Below the pieces are notes generated by a model that was not told where the DNA came from, made no database searches, and was given only the letters and a program-made list of their open reading frames with translations. Below, piece after piece: positions 1 to 10,410 of a DNA stretch of 64,000 bases. The DNA is from Bdellovibrionales bacterium. Its GTDB lineage: Bacteria > Bdellovibrionota > Bdellovibrionia > Bdellovibrionales > JAUICD01. The position numbers and the translations under genes were made by a program. Location: assembly GCA_965262715.1 (NCBI GenBank), contig OZ253553.1:384001-448000 (forward strand), in the 5' to 3' direction. Position 1 is the stretch's first letter. Every line of letters starts with the position of its first letter.

Positions 1-19
1 AACTAAACAGATCAAATCT

Positions 20-1597
20 TTGCAACTAGACCAAGAAGACATCTTAGTTCTCTCTAAGGTTAAAGGAGGGTTGCTTTATAACTCAGCAGCATCAGGTGTC
101 CCAAATCTTTATTTCTGGGATGAGAGAAATCAAAACTCTTATCCTATCACACATTCCAAAACAGCTATTCGAAGTGGCACTTTTGACCATTTTCATCAAG
201 AATTATGGATTTCACAGTTTCATGCTGATGGATACCGTATAGAGGTTCAAAAAAGCTCTCTAGAGTCTACAAATCTCCCTTATATAAATCTCCCTCATTC
301 ATCTAAGAAAAAGCCTCTTAAATCTGTCTCAGAAGCTTTAGAGCCTTCTTTATGTTCTTCTTACGATCTGTTCGCATTTGACAGTGAACCCTTGATGTGT
401 TTGCCCATATCTGAAGAATCTTTACTATCGGCTAGTACAAAAAGTCGTGATATAGAATATGTGGAGCAATTACGTAAGAAATGGCAAGCGCATTTTCAAA
501 ACTCACCTCCTGCTATAACAAAATATAGAGGAATATCTTATTTAACTCCTTATTTTTTGTTTCCATATTATTATTATTGGACTAGAGGTTCTGTTTTTGG
601 TTTTCTTACGAGAGGCACTGACGTTCTAGAGCACCACAAATATTCACTGCACTTAAACTATAAGTATCGCTTAAAAGCTCTTAACGGTAGTTTTCGTTAT
701 GATCATTATAAATTGTGGAGTTTTGAGATTGAAGATGACGCAAGGTATATAGAGCCTTTTAGAGGTACTGATAAGGAAAATAAAGACTTCCAACGAGACA
801 CTAGTGTTTCTCTTCAAAAAGGATTTTTTCTTAATGATTATTGGACAACCTTTTTAGGATGGAGACTTTCTAGGACTTTTTATTCCACAGATCCAAAGGC
901 TTCATATCAATATGGACCTGAATTAACCCTTGAATATTCAGGCCATCAATCTGACTCTCTTTTTGCAACATCAGAAGACTTTTACATCAGGAGATTTTTT
1001 GATATAAATCAACCTTCATCTAGTCAAACTTCTCTGGGCATTCATTTAATATGGTCCTTTGCAAGTCCTTTTAAATTTTTAACTCGAAATAAACAACCTA
1101 GATTTCAAAACTCTTCTTTTAAATACCATGAGCTGTCTTTAAAAACAGACCATATATTTAGTTCATACTCTTTTCAGATATCTAATCCTTCTTTATTTAC
1201 ATTTGGGGAACAGCCTCCGCCTTATATAAGAGGCTATCCTGAAAGCGCATTTGGTGGTCGGCAGGTTCACTCATTGAACTTAGAGTACACCTTCCCACTT
1301 TTTGAGATACAAAAGGGACTGGGTAAAGGCCTTTTATTTTTTAAAAGAGTGGATATAACGCTGCTCTCTGATCATTTGATTTTAAAGGGAAATTATTTTG
1401 ACACCCAAAATAACCTGCAACCCACTAATATGGATCGTTTATTTAGTTCTATTGGTATAGAGACCAAACTCAATATGGCATTAGGTTACTCTAATGTACA
1501 CTTCGTTCTTGGAGGCGGGTTGTATTATGGGCTTGACCGCAATGTGTCAGAAGGCCTGCAATTTGCTTTCAGTATAGGTTCTCAATTTGATTTTTAA
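20..1597 (+). CDS. Outer-membrane protein, TolB-like propeller remnant plus Omp85/BamA-TamA-like C-terminal barrel (5' end probably outside window)
   Basis: IRGYP...GGRQVHSLNLEYTFPL resembles the Omp85 (V/I)RGY loop; ends in aromatic F; frame is open at the window edge. Confidence 0.6.
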   Translation: MQLDQEDILVLSKVKGGLLYNSAASGVPNLYFWDERNQNSYPITHSKTAIRSGTFDHFHQELWISQFHADGYRIEVQKSSLESTNLPYINLPHSSKKKPLKSVSEALEPSLCSSYDLFAFDSEPLMCLPISEESLLSASTKSRDIEYVEQLRKKWQAHFQNSPPAITKYRGISYLTPYFLFPYYYYWTRGSVFGFLTRGTDVLEHHKYSLHLNYKYRLKALNGSFRYDHYKLWSFEIEDDARYIEPFRGTDKENKDFQRDTSVSLQKGFFLNDYWTTFLGWRLSRTFYSTDPKASYQYGPELTLEYSGHQSDSLFATSEDFYIRRFFDINQPSSSQTSLGIHLIWSFASPFKFLTRNKQPRFQNSSFKYHELSLKTDHIFSSYSFQISNPSLFTFGEQPPPYIRGYPESAFGGRQVHSLNLEYTFPLFEIQKGLGKGLLFFKRVDITLLSDHLILKGNYFDTQNNLQPTNMDRLFSSIGIETKLNMALGYSNVHFVLGGGLYYGLDRNVSEGLQFAFSIGSQFDF

Positions 1598-1778
1598 AAA
1601 AATATTGGGACAATTTTTGTCAGCTATTTATTAAAAACAACACTTTTTGTCGTTCCTTATAAGCGGTAAATCCCCTTAAGAGCCTTTAATCACAGTCATT
1701 ATAAAGTTGGCATTATTTGTGAAGTATCAAGTATTATAACGAATTTTTAAATTAGAAAATGAGAAAGGAAATCAAAAA

Positions 1779-2339
1779 ATGAAAAAGTTATCTTTAACAG
1801 TAATAGCAGCTATATCTTGTATCACTTTATTTGTGGGTTGTGGTCAAAATAGAAATCAAAATAGAAACCCCTACGGACCTCAAGTTGGAGGAAATTGCTC
1901 TCCTTATGGTAATAGCGGTTATGATAGATATGGATATGGAAGTGATAGATATGGTAGTGCTGGTTATGGGCATGATAGATATGGTAGTGCTGGTTATGGA
2001 CATGATCCTCGTAGCAGTTACTATGATCCAACTTGTACTGGCGGAGTACAGCCCTATCCTACTGGTCGTGGTGATTGTGGTATGTATGGCCAAGGCTATC
2101 GCCGTGCACAACACTACACACATAGTGGAAGTTATTGTACTGATGCTTATACTCCTTATGCTCAAGGTGGTGCTAGTTTTTGTGTTGGCACTAGAGGTTT
2201 TTGTCCATACTTTAGAGGAATTGAAGAGTCAGGTGAAGCTGTCCTTTTATGTAACTTAAATGAAGTGCCTGGTGCAGCTTGTCCTCAAGGACTGAGTTGT
2301 CAAGAAATAGGCAAAGGTGATACTGGTATCTGTTCATAA
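1779..2339 (+). CDS. Lipoprotein with Gly/Tyr-rich repeats and Cys-rich C-terminus
   Basis: MKK + hydrophobic core + FVGC lipobox; DRYGSAGYGH x2 (30-bp repeat); AAAGGA RBS. Confidence 0.8.
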   Translation: MKKLSLTVIAAISCITLFVGCGQNRNQNRNPYGPQVGGNCSPYGNSGYDRYGYGSDRYGSAGYGHDRYGSAGYGHDPRSSYYDPTCTGGVQPYPTGRGDCGMYGQGYRRAQHYTHSGSYCTDAYTPYAQGGASFCVGTRGFCPYFRGIEESGEAVLLCNLNEVPGAACPQGLSCQEIGKGDTGICS

Positions 2340-2371
2340 TTTATAAGAACATATCACATCAAAAATAATCT

Positions 2372-2399
2372 TTAGAGCAGGTCAGTGATCTGCTCTAAA
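2372..2399 (+). terminator. Hairpin, probable intrinsic terminator
   Basis: TTTAGAGCAG...CTGCTCTAAA inverted repeat ~30 bp after the stop codon. Confidence 0.55.
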
Positions 2400-2411
2400 A
2401 CGTACGGAGGG

Positions 2412-3299
2412 CTGTATCCCTAAAAATAGTCTCGCCTCTATATCACTAAAAATGCCTCTCGCCTCTGGCGACTTTCTGGCATTGCCCCCAAACTGGCTCA
2501 CGCCGTTTGGCAAATAGGGCAATACCTAGAAAGCCTGAGGCATTTTTACTAGAAGGATATCCTCGTTTTTTAACACGATGTTAGGGAAACCGTTGTTATT
2601 TATCAGTTAGTCTAAAGACCCCAAGTCTTCAAGAAAATGCTGACTGCCTAGAAAACCTGTTCATTTTTAGTAGGAAGAATCTTCTCATTTCTTTACACCA
2701 TGTTAAGGAAAATCTTCATTTATTTATGAGTTCTAAAGCAATCTGCACAGCATTAAGTGCAGCCCCTTCCTGGCATTGCCCCCAAACTGGCTCACGCCGT
2801 TTGGCAAATAGGGCAATACCTAGAAAGCCTGAGGCATTTTTACTAGAAGGATATCCTCGTTTTTTAACACGATGTTAGGGAAACCGTTGTTATTTATCAG
2901 TTAGTCTGAAGACCCCAAGTCTTCAAGAAAATGCTGACTGCCTAGAAAACCTGTTCATTTTTAGTAGGAAGAATCTTCTCATTTCTTTACACCATGTTAA
3001 GGAAAATCTTCATTTATTTATGAGTTCTAAAGCAATCTGCACAGCATTAAGTGCAGCCCCTTCCTGGCATTGCCCCCAAACTGGCTCACGCCGTTTGGCA
3101 AATAGGGCAATACCTAGAAAGCCTGAGGCATTTTTACTAGAAGGATATCCTCGTTTTTTAACACGATGTTAGGGAAACCGTTGTTATTTATCAGTTAGTC
3201 TGAAGACCCCAAGTCTTCAAGAAAATGCTGACTGCCTAGAAAACCTGACTATTTTTAGGAGGGAGACTCTCCTCATTTTTTTACACCATGTTAAGGGAA
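2412..3299. repeat. Family-A nested-hairpin element array; 294-bp unit x ~2.6 containing orphan asd 3' ends
   Basis: CTGGCATTGCCC at 2476, 2770, 3064; outer arms CCTAAAAATAGTC (~2419) and GACTATTTTTAGG (3247). Confidence 0.95.
2716..2766 (-). pseudogene. asd: Orphan copy of asd 3' end (GAALNAVQIALELINK*); identical second copy at 3010-3060
   Basis: Aligns to 3700-3750 with 6 synonymous and 2 non-synonymous differences. Confidence 0.9.
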
Positions 3300-3429
3300 C
3301 TGTATCCCTCAAAATAAGCCCTATGGCTTACTTTCAGGAGTTGTCATCCTCTTTATTTTGAAATAACTCTTTGCAGGTTATTTCAAAATAATAATGATTA
3401 CTGAAAGTAAGTAAAGCTTATTTTGAGGA
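3300..3429. repeat. Long three-tier palindrome sharing the CTGTATCCCT left end with family A
   Basis: CCTCAAAATAAGC/GCTTATTTTGAGG, CTTACTTTCAG/CTGAAAGTAAG, TTATTTTGAAATAAC/GTTATTTCAAAATAA. Confidence 0.85.
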
Positions 3430-3699
3430 AAAAGACAGTACATTACCTATCTGTCTTTCCCTCTGGAGATTTTTATATGAAAACAGCATTATTTAAGTAA
3501 GGAGACTTTCCTCGCTCTTTAACAAAAGGAATTGTTTCTATTCTCTGGCAGTCTGGGAATCGGTTCCCGGCAACAGCTTGCCGGATTAACGGGTTGCCTG
3601 TTTCCCGGAAAAAAAAGAAAGTGCTAACTACCTCAAAAATCTGTTCATTTTTAGTAAGCAGATTCCCTTCGTCTCTTTACATCATGTTAAGGAAAATCT

Positions 3700-4716
3700 T
3701 CATTTATTTATGATTTTCAAAGCAATCTGTACAGCATTGAGGGCGGCTCCTTTTCTTACATTGTCTGCTACGACCCATAGTAGCCATGTTCTATCATCGT
3801 CTGGGTCTTGGTGGATACGGCCTACAAAAACATCATCTTTATCTGAAGCCTGCCTTGCTAAAGGATATTGATTTTGCTCAACATCATCTATCACGTGAAC
3901 ACCTGATGCCGTGTTTAAACAAGAAAGAATATCAGATTTTGTGATCTTTTGTTTAAGACGAACCCAAATCACTTCACTGTGAGCATTAAAAGTAGGAGTC
4001 CTTACACAAAAAGCAGTGATCTTCATAGAAGGGTCATCAAAAATTTTACGCATCTCCTCTCTCATTTTTACCTCCTCTGTGCTAAACCCTTTAGAGCCAA
4101 AGGATCCAATATGAGGTAAGTTATTAAAAGCAATGTCATGTGGGTACACCTGACTTTCAGTAGCTCTGCCTTCAAAATGAGCTAATGTATTATTTTTTAA
4201 TTCTGAAATAGCTGCCTTTCCAGACCCACTTACAGATTGATAAGTGGCAACATTTATTTTCTCAATTCCAAAGTTTTTGTAAAGAGGATAAAGAGCCACA
4301 GCCATCTGTATAGTCGAACAATTAGGATTAGTAATAAGTAGTTGCTTTTTAGATGCTTGCAGCAGATGACCGTTGACTTCAGGTACAACTAAAGGCACCC
4401 CAGGATCCATGCGAAAAGTTGCAGCATTGTCTATGACAATAGCGCCTGCCTTCAAAGCTATTGGAACCCACTTAGCACTGATGTGATCTTCTGTTACAAA
4501 AAAAATAAGCCCTAAATCTTGCAACTTTTCTTCCCTCAAAACATCAAGCAGAATTTCCTTTTTATCAAATAAAACGCTTTGTCCTTTAGAAGATGAGCTT
4601 GCAAATAAGCGCAGTTTAGAAATAGGAAACTTATATTGCTCTAATATTTGAAGCAAGGCAGAACCTACTAGCCCCGTCGCTCCTACGATACCAACATGTG
4701 AAAGTTCTTGACCCAT
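3700..4716 (-). CDS. asd: Aspartate-semialdehyde dehydrogenase
   Basis: GATGLVG Rossmann motif, VVPEVN, NPNCST catalytic Cys, TYQSVSGSG, DNVRKGAALNAVQIA. Confidence 0.98.
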   Translation of the reverse strand: MGQELSHVGIVGATGLVGSALLQILEQYKFPISKLRLFASSSSKGQSVLFDKKEILLDVLREEKLQDLGLIFFVTEDHISAKWVPIALKAGAIVIDNAATFRMDPGVPLVVPEVNGHLLQASKKQLLITNPNCSTIQMAVALYPLYKNFGIEKINVATYQSVSGSGKAAISELKNNTLAHFEGRATESQVYPHDIAFNNLPHIGSFGSKGFSTEEVKMREEMRKIFDDPSMKITAFCVRTPTFNAHSEVIWVRLKQKITKSDILSCLNTASGVHVIDDVEQNQYPLARQASDKDDVFVGRIHQDPDDDRTWLLWVVADNVRKGAALNAVQIALKIINK

Positions 4717-4974
4717 AAAATCCCATAATCCTCTTGAGAAGTTGAAAAATAAAGACTTAACTTACAAATTAAATAAAAGCAACTTATAAGCTTTAGAGAG
4801 ACAATATATCATCTTTTCAATAAGGTCTTCTCATTTTGACTTAATAACTAATTAATGGTTAAGGGCTTTTGAAATTGAGCCTAAGTAAAGAAAACAGTGC
4901 CCCTCTACACTAAATCATTTAAACCTTTGGTGTCTCTTCAAATAATATACAATATGCATAGGTCTTTGTGGGTT

Positions 4975-5567
4975 TTAATCTTCCATCACAGAAGCATTTG
5001 GAACAGAAAGGTCTGGAATGTCGGTCCATGGAGCAAAAAGTTCTCTATCTCTTGCTTTGAACATAATTGCTAGGGCTCTGCCGTCACGCTTTGGACCTTT
5101 ATACATAATCTCTGTTAATGGTGTGGATGATCCAGATGGTAAGGTAGGGTCTGCCCCTGCTTCCAATAAAGTGATAATAACCCTTAATTCAAAATCAGAA
5201 CCTAAATAGCCTATAACAGCTGTCATAAGTGGCGTATTACCAAACCCGTCTGGTTTATTAGGGTCTGCCCCTGCTTCTAATAAATCTTCAATAATCTTGA
5301 ACCACTCATCAGTTCTTGTAATACCAAGATAAAGCGCCGTTGCATGCCTGGTTGCCACTACAAGTGATATGCGACTTTTATTGGGATTAAACCTGTCTCT
5401 TCTAGTCTGGAAGTGATGTAGTCCATTTGTCTGTCTGCTCTTTCCAGTTTTCGTCGCTCCTCATCTGTTAAGGATATGTCTATTGCATTTTGTGCCATAG
5501 AAGTTGTACTGGTCATTGTCATTAAAGTAGAGAGTAATCCTATTGATAGAATCTTAAAGTTTAACAT
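4975..5567 (-). pseudogene. Secreted ankyrin-repeat protein split into two ORFs (5358-5567 signal-peptide part; 4975-5358 ankyrin part)
   Basis: LLEAGADP x2, GNTPLMTA, STPL; upstream ORF has AGGAG RBS and signal peptide (SMA|Q); TAG/GTG overlap. Confidence 0.65.
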
Positions 5568-6290
5568 TTATTGTCTCCTTATTTTCAAAGAGTTATACAT
5601 AATTGCTTTTCATAATTTAATTTTGTTTCTTATATATTTAGATGTTCAGATCAAAACTTAAGACACTAAATAATACAAGCATACTACCTTATATACTACA
5701 AAAAGATCAAGGTCAACCAAATTATCTATTAGTGAAATAATTACATATATTTGAAATTATTACATACTTAATATTGATAACTTACAAACTCTCACTATCA
5801 TGCCGATAGTTTATTTAAATGCTCAGAAAGTGAATCTTTAAAAATTCTAAAAGGAAATTGTACAACATAAGAGTTTATTTAGAACTCATCTCAAAATTAT
5901 TTCCTGTGCTCACGTTTTCAAAAAACTTTCAGTTCAGTGTGTTAAGAAAGCGTAAGTTTAAGTCACAAGTGCGATTTTTAAAGATTATGCTGAGTTTTTT
6001 AGAGTTGTATCATTTTAAGATTAAAGTTTCAATAGGAAGGCTTAATTGTCATATAAGCTTATTATAAAGGCAATATTTAAAAAAACTTAGAGTATTCTTC
6101 TAATCCTCTTTAAATAATTATTTAAAGAGTTGCATTTCCTACTTGAGTTCACTCATAATTAAAAGCAACCAATGTAAGCTTGTAGTGAAACCAGCTTTCA
6201 CAATTGGAATATTTATGTAGCAAGAATTTGTTAAAAATAATTTAGTAGTGTATGATGTAATTATATCTGATTTATTTTTTGTAGGTAAAT

Positions 6291-6791
6291 ATGAAACTTT
6301 ACACACGCTTATTTTTATTGATATTACTGACTGTTTATTTAGCAGGTTGTACCAGTCATCACTCTCAGAGAGTGTATGATGCGGAAAAAGCTTCTTTTTT
6401 ACAAAGAGCCATTAAAGGGAAATATGAGCAGGTATTTCATGCAGCTCAATTGTCTCTTGCTAACTATCCAATAGCTGTAAGTGATATGGAAGCAGGTATT
6501 TTGAGAACAGGTATTATTAAAAATGAGCAGATGTGGCTTCCTCCTTTCTTAAATAAGCAAGCACTCTTTGGGCATCGTTATACAGTTAGTATTCAGCTTT
6601 TAAAAATTAAAGGTAAAGAAGCTGTTCAAGTTACAATTGTTAAGGATATGGAACACAAAAGAAGCTTCTTTGAAGAATACCAGAAGGTTAAAACAGATGG
6701 CCTTGAAGAGATAGCTTTATTTTACAGGATGCGAAGGGAGCTTTTACTCCAAAAGAAAATCAATGGATCACAAGAAAATCCACAATCGTAA
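6291..6791 (+). CDS. Hypothetical lipoprotein
   Basis: LAGC lipobox after hydrophobic stretch. Confidence 0.8.
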   Translation: MKLYTRLFLLILLTVYLAGCTSHHSQRVYDAEKASFLQRAIKGKYEQVFHAAQLSLANYPIAVSDMEAGILRTGIIKNEQMWLPPFLNKQALFGHRYTVSIQLLKIKGKEAVQVTIVKDMEHKRSFFEEYQKVKTDGLEEIALFYRMRRELLLQKKINGSQENPQS

Positions 6792-6816
6792 GTACCTTAT
6801 TTTTATAATACAAAAA

Positions 6817-7417
6817 GGTCATGTTGCTCAAATATTTATAGGTGTTAGTAGAAGCCATCTCAAAAATAAATATTTGCATTTTACAACATCTCTATTCCGG
6901 GATCTGGCAGTCGGGTAATCAGGTATCAGGCATTATCATTCGCGTTCAACCGTTGTATTTGAAAGCACTTTATGCTGAATGCCAAATAATACAAGAATTG
7001 TAAAAGCCAATGATAAGAATGAGAAGAGGCTTGCCTCGAGAGGCTTGCCTTGAGAGGCTCACCTTGAGAGGCCAGTTCATCTTTAGGGAAACAGTTCCCT
7101 AACATGATGTAAAGAACAAGCAGTATCTCCATCCTAAAAATAAACGGATTTTTGAGGCAGTGAACAGTTTGTAAGGGCGTTAGCCGTCATGTTTATTGCC
7201 CAAAAACAACCAGAGGCTTGCCTCGAGAGGTTGGTTTATTTTTAGGGAAATGAAATAAATGCAAAAATTCAAATTACAGGTGCCGGATATTTTGATTCTG
7301 GGTACTGTATGCCAGAGTGCCGGTTTGCCAGATCCCGGAAAAAAAGGATGCTTAAGTAGTTATGAACCTTAACTTTTATATACATACTCCTTAAATCAAT
7401 ATTTAAGCAACAAGTCC
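6817..7417. mobile_element. Composite non-coding element: IS903-like MITE shell with nested family-A and family-C repeats
   Basis: Ends GGTCATGTTGCTCAAATATT / AATATTTAAGCAACAAGTCC; right part resembles 36540-36599; 7236-7367 matches 25075-25207; 14-bp GAGGCTTGCCTCGA-type repeat x3 at ~7026. Confidence 0.65.
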
Positions 7418-7439
7418 TAAATAGATTATATTCTATAAG

Positions 7440-8282
7440 TTATTTAAAATTACTTTTGATAAAAGAGAAGTTTTGTTTTTGTCTTAAAAGTTTATTATAA
7501 TCTCTCCAAAACCAAAAAAGTAAAGGGTCGAGATCTATAGATTCAACAACACAGATATTGTCTCTTAGGGTATTGTTTGTTGTAATTTCATAGAGTAGCC
7601 AATCTTTCTTTATTTGTTTTTCCATGCTTTCTACATCGTGAGCTTGTAAGATATTGTGCTGAGATGATGAGTGGTGTGATATATCTGGTCCAATCACAAT
7701 AATTTGAGAAATGTGATATTTTTCTATATATTCTGAAAAGTTTTTAGAATGCGAAATGCTTGATGTGAGACAATCATATTTTTTACTTTCTTCATTATGT
7801 TTGAAAAAACTAAGACTGTTATTATTGTTCTTTTTCCTTTTTTTCTTAGAATTAGTAGATCGATATGTTTTATTTTCTTTGGATAGTTCTTTGAGCATAT
7901 CTGCTATTGTCCATAGTCCTCCGGTAACTTTAGCAGCCCAGTCAGAAGAAGATGGAGCAATAAGACCTAAAGGACGCATTTGTGATTTTAAATAACGATC
8001 ATAAAGTCCAATTTGTATAATAGTTATTACTATATGCCAAAAATCTATATTAAAAGATTTTAATTTATTAGAAGATTGTTCAAAAAAATCTTCATCCATA
8101 CTTAAAAGATGAAATAAATCTTTAATTTTTTTTAATTTTTTCATCTTGTTTAAGTCTAATTGATTTAATGCGTCTAAGGTTTGTTTTAGTCTTAAAAAAA
8201 CCTCTGGAATACGTAAGGCATTTTGGCAGACTGTAAAATCATGCAGACTTTTTGTATTTTTGAAGTAAATTATGCGATACAT
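7440..8282 (-). CDS. Hypothetical protein, possibly degenerate FabD/acyltransferase-like fold
   Basis: 280-aa ORF with AAAGGA RBS; RIPEV...QIGLYDRYL...LIAPS pattern; no intact GHSxG. Confidence 0.55.
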   Translation of the reverse strand: MYRIIYFKNTKSLHDFTVCQNALRIPEVFLRLKQTLDALNQLDLNKMKKLKKIKDLFHLLSMDEDFFEQSSNKLKSFNIDFWHIVITIIQIGLYDRYLKSQMRPLGLIAPSSSDWAAKVTGGLWTIADMLKELSKENKTYRSTNSKKKRKKNNNNSLSFFKHNEESKKYDCLTSSISHSKNFSEYIEKYHISQIIVIGPDISHHSSSQHNILQAHDVESMEKQIKKDWLLYEITTNNTLRDNICVVESIDLDPLLFWFWRDYNKLLRQKQNFSFIKSNFK

Positions 8283-8920
8283 TATAATATTCCTTTTAGT
8301 TTTTTAATTTGTTATGGCTTTTATATAAAGTTACGTTATTTATTAAAAATTCTTTCTATTACTATTCTATAGGCAAAATTTGTACCAAATTAAAGTGAAA
8401 TAAAAGACGGTTTAAGGTAAATATCTATGTGTTTTTTTTATAAAAATGTAAAATATACATAGTTATTTACAGGCACAAGGTAAGGAGCATGGGGTAATTA
8501 TTGGTCTAGAAGGTCAGTCAAAAGTAGGAAAATAAGAATATATAAAGACTATTTTTTATGCTGTTGATAGAATTATATAAGTAAAAATATCTTAAATTTA
8601 AGTTATTTTTAATTATTTGACAATAAGAATATAAAGTGCTAATTCATTATGTATCTAAAGAAATAAAAGGCTTTTTTATTTGAAATTTCATTAATAACTT
8701 TTGTTGAATATAAATGATAAAATTTTATTCATTTTTTCATTTATCACGTAGACAAAGAATGAAAAGAATATTAAATGCAAAAGCTATTTTAAAATCTTTC
8801 ATGTGAAAAACACATATCCATAATATTACAATCACAACTCATTAATTTAAGAATACTTAATGTAAGAATGTATAGATACATTTAAAAGATAGATAAGATA
8901 AAGAATTTAGAGGGGCTGCA

Positions 8921-10237
8921 ATGACCAAAAATATAATTATTATAAATTATATTTTATTTTTTGGATTTACTTTTGTAAAGGCAGATGTAATCAATGATGA
9001 TTCATCTATGAACCTTTCATCTGACAAAGAATATTTAGCAAGAGAAACTTTTAGTTCAAGTCAGAAAGTTTTACCAAAAGGTGTATGGCATCCACGGTTT
9101 ATATTTGGAAATGTTTCTGAAGTAGCACATCTTTTCGATCATAACTCTAAGCTCACTTCTATTAGTCGTTTTAATGTAGATTTTGAGAGTGACTTCTTAA
9201 GACAAATAGATCCGAGGTTTGATGAACTCATAGATGCTTTAAATAAATTGTATGATGGAGCAGGAGATAAATTGCATTTAGGTTCTCTAAAATTTTATGG
9301 AGGGCCTGAGATTTCTTACTTTGCACCAGTGCTTGCTTATGGGCTGACCGATAAATGGACAATAGGAGTTGGATTGCCTATTGTTAGCATGTATGGAAGT
9401 GTTACGACAGAAACTAAAGGTATCAATACAGCAAGGGATATTCTTAATGATGTTACTCCTTTTACAGGTGGACGTGAAAGCTTTAAATATAAGAAATTAA
9501 TTAAAAATTTAAGAGATATTACTGATCTCAAAAAGAAATTTAATGAAGTTTTGAAAGAGAGAGGATATAAATCTTTTGATGATTCACGTTTTAATGGCAT
9601 TGGTGATCTTCAAGTTTTTAGTTTTTATAATTATTTTAATAGGCCTCCATGGAACTTGACTTTAATGACAACTATTAACCTTCCTACAGGACCCAAAGAT
9701 GACCCGGACAATCTTATTGATTTTCCTAACTTTGCCCAAACGGGTATAGAGTTAAAGACACACCATCAATTTCGAATTTCTAATCGGTTCATACTAGGAA
9801 ATGCCTTAAGTTATTACTATATAATGCCGGATCGATTAGTGAAAAGAGTGCCTGAGCATGAAGATGATCTTTTACCAGATAAGGACAGAAAAGAATTTTT
9901 ATATAGAAACTTAGGAGATAAAATATCAGTTGAAACTTTTGGAACTTTTAATGCAATGGACTTTTTAGATTTTGATGTATCTCTTGCCTTATTTTTAAAA
10001 GGTTCTGATTACTATTTAGGTGATAGATTAGGATATGATTATTCTTTATTAGGCGATAATACAAAAGGGCACTGGGTTGAAGGGAAAGTAGGGATAAGTT
10101 TCTCATCAATACCCTGGTTTAAAAGGGGTAAGTTTCCACTTCCTTTAATATTTAGTTATAGTTATTCAGATATTTTATATGGACATAATACACATAGAGA
10201 AGTGAAGCATGAGGCTAACTTGCTTTTGTTTTTTTGA
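8921..10237 (+). CDS. Putative outer-membrane beta-barrel protein
   Basis: Signal peptide (VKA|D), GIGDLQ...LPTG motif, amphipathic C-terminus ending FF. Confidence 0.65.
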   Translation: MTKNIIIINYILFFGFTFVKADVINDDSSMNLSSDKEYLARETFSSSQKVLPKGVWHPRFIFGNVSEVAHLFDHNSKLTSISRFNVDFESDFLRQIDPRFDELIDALNKLYDGAGDKLHLGSLKFYGGPEISYFAPVLAYGLTDKWTIGVGLPIVSMYGSVTTETKGINTARDILNDVTPFTGGRESFKYKKLIKNLRDITDLKKKFNEVLKERGYKSFDDSRFNGIGDLQVFSFYNYFNRPPWNLTLMTTINLPTGPKDDPDNLIDFPNFAQTGIELKTHHQFRISNRFILGNALSYYYIMPDRLVKRVPEHEDDLLPDKDRKEFLYRNLGDKISVETFGTFNAMDFLDFDVSLALFLKGSDYYLGDRLGYDYSLLGDNTKGHWVEGKVGISFSSIPWFKRGKFPLPLIFSYSYSDILYGHNTHREVKHEANLLLFF

Positions 10238-10410
10238 TAAAAAGTTATATTTTATTGTATTATTTGTTAATTTAGGTTATAAGGCAAGCTGTAAAGTCGG
10301 GTATTTAGTTTAGGATACCAAACCTTACATTTAAAGATTGGATGGATGATTTTTTGAAAGATTTAAAGTTCTATATAATATTTTAATAATACAGAGACAG
10401 AAGGGCTTGT

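Noticed and set aside
1822..2259. Alternative-frame ORFs over the Gly/Tyr lipoprotein
   Set aside because: Shadows of low-complexity repeats; no independent RBS or motif
2412..3700. Integron attC array (element ends GTTAGGG/GTTAAGG resemble GTTRRRY)
   Set aside because: No complementary RYYYAAC at the other end, no ORF cassettes between units, no integrase in the window
8283..8920. Replication origin or ncRNA in the long AT-rich gap
   Set aside because: No DnaA-box cluster or clear structure seen; consistent with a divergent promoter region
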